This document shows positions 22,690 to 33,225 of a DNA stretch of 64,000 bases, one piece after another. The position numbers and the translations under genes are program-made. The notes under the pieces were generated by a model, which did not search any database, had not been told where the DNA came from, and worked only from the letters and a program-made list of their open reading frames with translations. How positions within the stretch are numbered: the first letter of the stretch is position 1; every line of letters starts with the position of its first letter. The DNA is taken from positions 74,018,331 to 74,082,330 of the forward strand of contig JAUZTB010000135.1 of assembly GCA_034780895.1 (NCBI GenBank), read 5' to 3'. Origin of the DNA: Rhynchobatus australiae. Lineage: Eukaryota.

Positions 22690-23440
22690 AATTTAGAAAG
22701 TGCTGATTATAACATTTTGCAGGGAGGTTAGATCTAAATTTACTTGGAGTGGGACAGTCATTTTGGTAAAATTTCTTGAGGGTTAAAGCTATGGAATTTG
22801 CATCTGAATGTGTATACTAGATTTACTACCCTGAAGGTGGCAGTATAAATAGACATATTGTGCTGATTTTCACAATGCCTGTTTGGGTTCTCTGGAATAA
22901 AAAGACCTACAAAACTCATTAAAATGGTTGGCAAGAGCTAATTGTGCATTAATCTCCATCTTTCCTTCACTTTCTCCATTCCTGATTTTCCTCCTAAAGG
23001 TGTTGAGTTATAGTGGATTAAGGCCTTCAGTTGCTAGCTTTTGAAGGGTGAAGTGCCTTAAGTTTTTTGCTATTTCTTCATTGTTCAACCATGATGTCAA
23101 AGATTAGCCTTGTAGCTTTTGTTTGAACTGTCTTTAAATTGCCTTAACACCAGAGGAGAGGAATGAAGGANNNNNNTGAACACACTTAGTTCTTGCCAAA
23201 CATATTAGTGTGCTATGTACATCTTCATTGTAAAAGAAAAACCCCAGACACACATTGCGAGTATCAGCATAATATGTCCATTTATACTGCCACCTTCAGG
23301 GTAGTAAATCCATTATGCATATTCTAATGCAAATTTCAAAACTTCAACTTTCAAGAGCATGAAATTTTGCAATGACTGTCCCCTCCAAAAAAAAAGTAAT
23401 CTTCCTAAAATATTAAATAAGGCCAGAACACTCCTAAAAC
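22690..23440. repeat. Long imperfect inverted repeat (arms ~22690-22890 and ~23240-23440)
   Basis: 22820-22850 is the exact reverse complement of 23280-23310 (31/31). Gap-free pairing of 22774-22887 with 23243-23356 gives 94/114 Watson-Crick pairs by hand count. Similarity continues outward with gaps. Confidence 0.92.
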
Positions 23441-24009
23441 CAAAATCCATGCAAAAAACACTAGTAGTACTTCGGAGTAAACTGAGACAGGAACAGCGGT
23501 CATGGGTTCACGCTGGTGAAATTTCAGACTGATGTATCAAAGTTCTTGCAACAGGAGACTAACATTTGGAATGGACATTCTTGTAGTTGAGAGAAAAATT
23601 GAAAAATATTTGAGAACTGAAACCTATAGAAGTGAAGAACAGTAAGGATTTCTGGTTAGTTGATGTATTGTGAGCTGAAAGTCCCCATTGTAATCTTCAA
23701 TTTAAAAATACTAAGAATTTCTTTCATGCAGTTTAATGTGGCAAACTTTTTTTGTATATTAAAAGGTACCTGATTTCACAATCAGTAGGGAATATCCAGT
23801 TTGAAATTTTTTTTCTATTTAGCTAAAATCATTATTCTTTGGATGTAGGAGTCAGTATTTCCTTTTAATTATCATAGTTTTTCTTCATTATCTTCTGTCT
23901 CCCAAATATAGTGACTTTACCTACACTAAGAATTATATGTGACTGGCATTATTACTCATTTCTCTCTGCCTCCTCCCTCCCAGGACAGTTAGACATATTA
24001 GAGTATGGT

Positions 24010-24750
24010 TGCACAAACATTTGCCAGATGAACAATATTTTAAAATGTAATTTACATGCAAACAATATGCCATTGGGCACCACTGAAGTTAGTTCAGAGG
24101 GACCTAGATGCCCTTGTACATGAATCACTGGAGGTTAATGTACAGGTATAACATGAGTTAGGGAAACAAATGGGTTATTGGCCTCCACTGAATGCAAGAG
24201 CAGAGCCATCTTGCTCCAATTATACAGAGCCCTGTTGAGGCTGTATCTGGGTATTGTATACAGCTCTGGTCTTGCTACTGAAAGAAGGATATGCTTGCAG
24301 TATAACCCTTTTGCCTTGTCTTTCTGCCTATGAAAATTTACCAGATTGATTGCATTTGTATCTTTTGAGGAGAGATTACAGAAAGTGGGCCTATACTGTC
24401 TTGAGTTTAGAAGAATGAGAGAATGATCTAATTGAAACGTACAAATTTCTTGATTTGACAGAATAGATAGAGAATTGATGTTTCCCCTGCCTGGGGAGTT
24501 TGGAAACAGAAGTTCCAAAAACAAGGGGTAAGCCATTTAGGACAAAGATGAGAGGAAATTATTGAAACTTGGGAATTCTTTACCCAAGAGGGCTGTGGAA
24601 GCTCAGTTGCTGAGTATATTCAAGACTGATATGTTTTGAAATGTTCAGGGAATGGAGAGAAATTTGGTTAGTGCAGCAAAGTGGAAGAACAGCCATGACC
24701 TTATTGATCATGAGTGTCCAAATGGCTTACCTCTGCCCATTCTCATATTG
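24010..24750 (+). mobile_element. CR1 LINE 3' fragment
   Basis: cagagggacctag...catgaatcact...tttagaagaatgagag...gagggctgtggaagctcagttgctgagtatattcaagactg...cagccatgacc...aatggcttacctctgccc. Confidence 0.8.
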
Positions 24751-27700
24751 TGAGTTATATCTAGATGGTCAAAATTTGTGATGCTGGCTGCCTTTAACAT
24801 TGTCTCTTTATGTACAGATACTCAAAATCCAGCATTGCTGTTCTATATTTGTATTCGAGTACTAGCTAGCAATGCAGATGTAGGTTGGATCCTGGATATT
24901 TTTGAGTAATCAAGAGGTTCAGAATTTAATTTTCTTTGTGGCAGGTGGAGAATACTCGTTTTGTACTGTACTTTAGATTGGTTGACTAAATGGATGGATA
25001 TATGGTATGGAGGTCTTCATGCTGGGCTCCACCATCATTGAGGATTATTAATGTCCATATGACAGAAGAACTGGGATAATCTGAAGTGACTCCTGTGGTT
25101 GTGTAGTGCTTTATCAGCATTGTGCCGAAGTTGTAAGCCAATATAGATTGTTTTTATTTATAATTCACTGGGTATTGCTAGTGAGGTCAGTATCTTGTCA
25201 TTGATGGCAGTGGTGAGCTACTACCTTGAACTAGCATAGTCCTGACGGTGAAGGTGCTCCCTCAAAGCCATTGAATCCAGCAACAAAGGAACAGTGATTT
25301 ATTTCCAAGTTAGAATTGTGCACGACTTCATGTATGTAAGACTAAACCCATGACTATCTTACCTGAGAGTTCTCTGTTGATAATGGCCCATACTGAAGCA
25401 AGAAAATTTCTCTGCCATTTGATGTTCCATTTTTAGCAGAAAGCTGCCAAGGCATCATCTGTCTGTTCAGATTGATATTTTAAACGAATCACTTGTGCAA
25501 AGAAACATAACCTACATCCTAAACCAGTGCTCCCAAAATGATGACTAATCCATAAATCTCATTGGTTGTCAAACTTAATTTTTAAAATGTTGCTGCAATT
25601 TCCCACAAGTTGGCCATTGCATTTTTCAATTAATTGTTTGGCTGTGAAAGTGTTTTGGAAAGGCCTAAGCACATGAAGTACACCATATAAATAACTTTAA
25701 CCCTCTTTCTGCTTCCAACTTAAAAACAGCTTCTTCTCTCCTTTCACCCTCCCTTCTTCCATCTTGAACTTAACCTCTTCACTAATGGGTAGCTCTATTT
25801 CAAGTAGCATTTCTTTATTTATGGTGTCAGCACACAAACCAATCCTTCCCCTGCTGCATGTTCTGTTAGATTACATTTTGGTTTCCGTCACCAGTTTTGT
25901 AACTTGTCAGCCAGAATAGACTCTCATCAAAAGAACTAGCTAGNNNNNNNNNNNNNNNNNNNNNNNNNNNNNNNNNNNNNNNNNNNNNNNNNNNNNNNNN
26001 NNNNNNNNNNNNNNNNNNNNNNNNNNNNNNNNNNNNNNNNNNNNNNNNNNNNNNNNNNNNNNNNNNNNNNNNNNNNNNNNNNNNNNNNNNNNNNNNNNNN
26101 NNNNNNNNNNNNNNNNNNNNNNNNNNNNNNNNNNNNNNNNNNNNNNNNNNNNNNNNNNNNNNNNNNNNNNNNNNNNNNNNNNNNNNNNNNNNNNNNNNNN
26201 NNNNNNNNNNNNNNNNNNNNNNNNNNNNNNNNNNNNNNNNNNNNNNNNNNNNNNNNNNNNNNNNNNNNNNNNNNNNNNNNNNNNNNNNNNNNNNNNNNNN
26301 NNNNNNNNNNNNNNNNNNNNNNNNNNNNNNNNNNNNNNNNNNNNNNNNNNNNNNNNNNNNNNNNNNNNNNNNNNNNNNNNNNNNNNNNNNNNNNNNNNNN
26401 NNNNNNNNNNNNNNNNNNNNNNNNNNNNNNNNNNNNNNNNNNNNNNNNNNNNNNNNNNNNNNNNNNNNNNNNNNNNNNNNNNNNNNNNNNNNNNNNNNNN
26501 NNNNNNNNNNNNNNNNNNNNNNNNNNNNNNNNNNNNNNNNNNNNNNNNNNNNNNNNNNNNNNNNNNNNNNNNNNNNNNNNNNNNNNNNNNNNNNNNNNNN
26601 NNNNNNNNNNNNNNNNNNNNNNNNNNNNNNNNNNNNNNNNNNNNNNNNNNNNNNNNNNNNNNNNNNNNNNNNNNNNNNNNNNNNNNNNNNNNNNNNNNNN
26701 NNNNNNNNNNNNNNNNNNNNNNNNNNNNNNNNNNNNNNNNNNNTGAATAGTACTTGGAGCTAGAATTAGAGATCGAATGCTAGAAGTGGGATTTGACTAG
26801 GTAATTCATTTCTCCATAAGCAAACATGATGGACTGATTTGTTTTCTGTTGTATTTTTTTTGATTCTAAAAGCTATGAGTGATTAATTCTATAATGAGGA
26901 ACTGGTCAATGATATTACTTTTTCATCTAGCTCTGTGTAGTTGCTGAAAACTGCTGTCTCCTTCAACAACAAAAGATGTGAAGGAAACTTATTAAACCTT
27001 TGTAGAATCATAATTTCTCTAAAATCAATTCTGCTTTCTCTTTGTGATATTTTACTTTGCCTCTCAGCAGCTGAGTTGAAGCCAGGCAAGCTCCTCTGTA
27101 GCTTCCACCAAAATCTATCTGAACTTGTTGCCGGGTGTTCAAGAGCAGCATTTGTGCATTCTGTCCTTGCTGCCACCATTCAATTAGTTCCACTTTCAAC
27201 CTTGTGTTTGAAATGCTTGACTTCGGTTCCAGTGATGTAGTTTAGATGCTGCAGTTCAATTGACTTCTAGTCTCCATTCCCACCTGTGGTGCAGGATGAT
27301 GTTCAACATCCTTTTTCAGTAATTGAAGGCCATAACATTTTATTTTCATTTTCCAAATATGCAAGTTGCAATTAATGCAAGTTTAAAATACTAAGTCTGG
27401 TTTTAGTGGCATGGCTGTGCATGGGAATAAGGTTTATCTGGACTTCCCCCTCAAAGGTGAATTCCTACTATTACATTTTGGGGGCAGGACCTAAGCAGAA
27501 GCAATGACCAAGCAATTCTCAGGAACAGGGAATGTCCAAATTACTGGTTAGTCTGTGCTTGCATATGTTGGGGATGAAAGTGCAGTGAGAACAAAGGAAA
27601 TTTGGTAGGAAGATAATTGGGTCAGAAGTACTTAATTATCAAAGAACTCTGCTCTGTTCTAATAGATTAGAACAGAAAGGTATTTTCTCATATGTATGAA

Positions 27701-28599
27701 AGACTTTTGCCGACACTTAAGGTTTGCTTTTTGTGTTGCTAAAGCTGCTCAATCTCTTTCTGTATCCAACTGTTTTGCCCTATTATTTGTATTTTTGTTG
27801 TACCCATGTGTATTGCTTCATTTGTTTCAAAGCAGTGCATGTTTTATTCCATATTAATTGCCATCAACAAACAGGAAGGGGGAAAACTTTTACTTTTATG
27901 AATTTGGAATAAAATGAAATTGATATTAGTGTAAAGTGAAACCAGATCTATGAGAGCTTACTGCCAAAATTCATATTGCTACCCCTGCACTTCTTGCAAG
28001 TACTGTAGATTCAAGTGGTATTAATTCTCTGACAATGCTTGATGCTGCTACTTGCAATATTTAACATAACCAAGTTAACATGAAAAATTCATTCCAGTGG
28101 TATACTACTTCACATGCATTTGAGCAAATATAACAATGTCAATTTCTGGTAGTACATCACAAACTTGTCTTTTTTTACTGAATTATTTGTCAAATTGATA
28201 TTGTTTGTCAATTAACTTTAAATGTTACTACCTTCAGTTCCTGCATGCAATCTTTTTGATGTAGAAAGTACAAAAGAACGTTTAAAACTTGACTGTTGGA
28301 GTAATGAACAGATTTCTTCAACATTTCTGAGGAAATTGTACAAAATATCATTTTATTTTTAAAATGCTTTCACATTGTCAATTCTGGCATCTAACTTGTT
28401 GGAGGAAAAATATTGGGTTTCCTACTTGAAGTCTGTCCAGTCCTTGGATCAATAATTTATTCATTAATAATCTATTATAATGTAATTGAATTCCTACATG
28501 CCTATTACTTAACCAAAATTAAGCTATTACTTCAAAGTTGCACCTTAAAATGAAAATGACTAATTCAATATGAATACTATGGAAATAAGAACAGATAAT

Positions 28600-29150
28600 A
28601 CTGACCTGTTGAGTGTCTCCATTTTCTGTTTTATTTTGGGTTTCCAGTATCTGCAGATTATTGATTGGCATACTATAGAATTTGTCCTTGGTACATCTGC
28701 TATTTTTGTATACATTCACCATTGCTTTTAACTGTTGACCCTGAACACTGCCTTTGCAAATAGTCAATTTTTTTAACTGGAGTTAAATGAAATAAGCATA
28801 CTCAAACATTCTAGAAGATGTGTATGTTGTTTCATTTGAAAGTTTGCAAAAAATATAAATACAAAGCAAGAAATTTGGTGCAGTCCTATCCCTTTAAACA
28901 GGAGACAAAAAGTATTTAAGAATTTTATTTTGCAATGTCTCTGTTATAAAAATCTGTTAAATCCATGTATTTAATGCATTATGCAATTTTAGAAGCGCAA
29001 AATGCAGTTGCTGAAAATCTGAAATAAAACCAAAATGTTGGAGATGGTCAACAGGTTAGATAGCATCAGTGGAGAGAAATGAAGTTNNNNNNNNNNNNNN
29101 NNNNNNNNNTTGATCTGAAATGCTGAGTATTTTCAGCATTTTTGTTTTAA
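28600..29150. mobile_element. Penelope-derived repeat fragments in opposite orientations
   Basis: Minus copy 28600-28657 (ctgacctgttgagtgtctccattttctg...tccagtatctgcag), plus copy 29000-29085, minus end 29110-29150. Confidence 0.6.
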
Positions 29151-29369
29151 CAGAGTTTGGTACCTTTTAGGAAAACATACTTGAGGTTGAAGGAAATGAA
29201 GCAGCAATCCACTATTGCACTATGAATAAAATTAAGTACAGACTGATTTTTTTAAATAGCAGTTTTAGCATGCAAAATATAGATCAATTGCAATTGGAGC
29301 AGAAGGAAATAACTGCGCAACTGCAATGATGTTGCTATTATTATCTTCAAAATTTTGCAGGTACTTAGA

Positions 29370-29850
29370 ATGCAGTGGTACAGTGTTTAAGTTAGTGATC
29401 TTGTAATCCAGACCAGTACTTGTGGTCTGGAAATAGATTAAATCCCATTCATGGGGGGCTAAATTTAAATTGAGTTAAATTGGAACAAAAAGATGATAAT
29501 GTTGACCACGAAGCTGTCTCTTCAAAAATGCATCCTGTTCAAGTAGGGTTGGCAGAGGGGAACATTTTCTGGAGAATGTCTAGGAAAATTGGTGGTCTTG
29601 TCTGCAAACTCAGGTGCAAAGTACTGGCTGTCAACCGAGTTGAAAACTAAGCTCTATTGCATACGAAAGGAAAATTTGAAACCTTTGAATTTGGGAAGGA
29701 AATTTGACCTTGTATCTGTTGGTCTCAATGTGACCCTAGACCCATAGAAATGTGATTGACACTTACCTGTCCTGGCAAATTGCTGAGGCCATTTTGGAAT
29801 TGGCAATACATTTTAGCTTTGCCAGTGACACCCACAGCCCATAAATTAAA
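29370..29850 (+). mobile_element. tRNA-derived SINE (same family as 610-920) with a ~150-bp internal insertion
   Basis: gtaatccagacc...gaccacgaagctgtc...[insert ~29540-29690]...gggaaggaaattt...gacccatagaaatgtgattgac...gccagtgacacccacagccc. Confidence 0.6.
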
Positions 29851-30699
29851 AACATTTAGACAAGGTTTAGCAGAATCTTTGCTTAAGCATGGTCTTCCTG
29901 CCAATAGGATTGGTTGAACCAGTCAGCTGTACTTGATCAGCATTTCTCCTTGTACCAATCTAAACTCAGTTGTTGGACCTGGCACATACCTGATGCTGCC
30001 TAATATACTATCTTATTGCTGACTATTGGCCTCCACCGAGTTCCATGATTCTATTAGTGATGGCTGCAGATTTCAAAAGCTGTTTTGAGTCTATCTGTTT
30101 AAATAGAACTCAAATAAGCTCACATTAGTGTNNNNNNNNNNTGGTCAGCTCCATACAGCCAACCTGGTGCTGGGTTGGGGAAATAGGTTGCACTGTTAGG
30201 GTTGTCGCAAATTTAGTCTTGCTGCAGGGTATGGAAGAGAGTTGTGAGCCCCACATCATGATGGTGCACCTGTTGAAGTAAATAACTGGTTAAATGCTTC
30301 TGAAGAAACCTCAAGTGGTAAGGAGAGATGAACTCAGCACTGTTTAAACTGTGGAGTCAAAATAATCTACCAGTTTTATCATCAGCCTCGTAATTCCCTC
30401 TCAGAGGAACTAACCAGTTGGACCCATGAATTTGCTCTGTCAGTCAATTGGATTATGGTTGATCTCTCAGCTCTGTATACAGTACCTGCAATGGTTCAAT
30501 ATTACTTACCTTGCTGAACAATACTCTTATTGAAGTGTGATGTCTTCAAGGGTTTGTTCATTGGTGGTAACCCGGAAAGAATGTTCATGATTTATTCTAC
30601 CACCGGAGTGAAAAATTGTTCCTAGCATGACCTTTAAATGGTCTACCTCAAATTTTATGTCCAAACACAAGTATAGATGGATCTAATCAGAAGTTTNNN

Positions 30700-31710
30700 N
30701 NNNNNNNATAACTTCCTGTCTTGGATACAAAATTAATAATTACCTTGCATAAATTGCCATTGTAAAATTCTGAGCCTCTACCACCTTTACATAAAAGTAT
30801 TTCCAAGCTTCACACCTACCCCAAGGGCATGCCTTTCTGTCCATGCCAATAGTTGCCTTTAATACCTTGACATTCATAATTTGTTTAATCCTCCTTCCTC
30901 AGTTTAATCCTTTGAGTCCAGGAGTCTCTGTCTAATAAATTTGTATTGCATTCTTTCCAAAGGCCAATATGTCCTTGGGTGCGGTGCCCAAAACTCATCA
31001 CTAAACAGGTAGTTCAACCTAGGTTTTGCATTGCTGTAGCATAACTATGATCACTGCTCCTTGTCTTCATTTTTTTTTGGTACCCATCCATGAAATTTTC
31101 ATCTATGTTCAATCCCAAGTCGTCTCCTCCTTCCATTTAGGAAACAGTTCCGCAGTAGATAACCTCACGTTTATAATCAGTGAAATGTGAGGGACCAATG
31201 CAAATTCATGCAAGCCACTACTTGTCATATTCTGATGTCTCAAGTCCCTTCCTTATCGTCTCATGTCACTCAGCTAATTTCCTAAACAAGTCAATAATTT
31301 GGTTTCAATTNNNNNNNNNNNNNNNNNNNNNNNNNNNNNNNNNNNNNNNNNNNNNNNNNNNNNNNNNNNNNNNNNNNNNNNNNNNNNNNNNNNNNNNNNN
31401 NNNNNNNNNNAGAAATGGCTTTAACTTAGTAGTCTCTTATGAAGAACTTATGAAATGTATTTTGGAATTCCTTTGAAATTGCTCCATAAACATTCATTGT
31501 TCTGCCACTGTGCAGCACTTCAGACAGTTCTTAAGAATTTAATTAGTTTTATGTATGACCTACTCTCTCTAAACCAAACTGGGTGTTTCTGATTAGTTGA
31601 AAATAGTTAAAGTGTTCGTTCATATCATCTACAATTATAAGGCCTTAAGTACCTGACAAAAGATGTTAGGCTAACTGATCAATTTCCCTTGCTTTCTTTT
31701 CCCTTCTATA
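30700..31710 (-). mobile_element. Degenerate CR1 fragment
   Basis: gcattctttccaaaggccaatatgtcc...gcggtgcccaaaact...gatgttaggctaactgatc. Confidence 0.55.
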
Positions 31711-32016
31711 TGCAAGAGAGTGGATCAAGAGAGTGCAATGGCAGACACCTTGAATAATTACTTTGCACCTGTGTTCTCAGTTGAGAAAAAAGAATGATTG
31801 GCAGCCTAAAGAATGTACAACAGAATAAGGGGCAAAGCTAATGTTTGTGGAATAAATGACAAATTCCCAAGGTTTCTATCTCAGGATTTTAAAGGTTGTT
31901 GATGAGAACATTACTGGTCACCACTCTGTTCTAAAGTTCTCCAGTTGTCTTTACAGCGGAAAAAGTGCATATAACTTCAGTTTAAGAAAGAATTTGATTT
32001 TTTTAATATAAATATT

Positions 32017-33225
32017 GCCTTGCCAGCATGATTGAATTCTTTGAAGAAGTGACCAAGAGGGTTGATGAAGGCAGGGTAGTAGACGTAGTCTACATGGACT
32101 TTAGTATGGCCTTTAAAGTCTCACATGGAAGACTGGTCTGGAACATTAGAGCACATGAGGTCCAGGGTGGTCTAGCCAACTGCATACAAAGTTGGACTGG
32201 TGGTAGGAGTCAGAGGGTGGCAGTGGAGGTTGCTTTTCAGATTGGAGGCCTGTGACCAATGGTATGCCACAGGGATTAGTGCTGGGTTCAACTGTTGTTT
32301 CTTATCTATGTTAACAACTTGGACGAGAATGTAGTCAGTAAGTTGCAGATGACACTAAAATTGATGGTATAGTGGACTGTGAAGAAGGTTAAGATTACAA
32401 CAGGATCTAGATTAACTGGGGATGTGGGCCAAGGAACAGTAGATAGAATTTCATTTGGACAAATGTGAAGTGATGTATTTTGGTAAGTTAAACCACGGCA
32501 GAACTTGCACAATAAATGGAAGGGTTGTGGAACAGAAAGACCTATGGCTACAACTACATAGTGACCTGAAAATGGCATTATGGGTAAACAGGGTGGTGAA
32601 GAAGCCTTTTGGCATGCTTGCATTCATCGGTCAGGGCACTGAGCACAAGAGTTGGAATGTCATGCTACCACTCTGTAGGGCACTGGTGAGACCACAATTG
32701 GAGTATTGTGTGCTGTTCTGGTTGCCTATCTATAGAAAGGATATCATTAAACTGGAAAGGGTGCAGAAAAGATTCAAGAGGATGTTACTGATTCAAGAGG
32801 GCTTGAGTTGTAAGAAGACTGAATAGGCTGGGGCTTTTTTCCTGGGAGTGTAGTAGACTTGAGGGGTGACCTTGTAAGGGTACATAAAATCGTGAGGGGC
32901 ATAGGTAAGATGAATAGTCTGTCTTTTTCCTAGGGTAAGTGAGTCTAAAGAGTCTAAAACTAGAGGGCATAGACTTAAGGTTAGAGGAGAAAATTTAAGT
33001 GGACTTGAGGGGTAAGTATTTTTCCACACAGCGTGTGGTGTGTATGTAGGACAGGCTGCCGGAGGAAATGGTAGAAGCGCGTACACTTGCATTTAAAAGA
33101 CATTTAGGTAGGTACATGGATAGGAAAGATTTAGAGGGATGTGGGACTAGCTCAGGTAGGCACTTTGGTTGGCGTGGATGAGTTGTGCTGGAGGGCCTGT
33201 TTCTGTGCTGTATGACTCTGGCTCT
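32017..33225 (+). mobile_element. CR1 LINE, 5'-truncated, relatively young (RT C-terminal half plus 3' UTR), frameshifted
   Basis: Translations IEFFEEVTKRVDEGRVVDVVYMDFS.AF, GMPQGLVLG, ADDTK, KCEVMYFG, LVRPQLEYCV.FW...LERVQKRF; 3' tail gggcctgtttctgtgctgtatgactct. Sits inside an older CR1 remnant (~31730-32010). Confidence 0.95.

Noticed and set aside
22774-23356. G-U wobble bias as evidence for selection on sense-strand RNA structure
   Set aside because: Hand count gives 8 G-U versus 7 A-C oppositions, so there is no strand bias; RNA-level function remains unproven.
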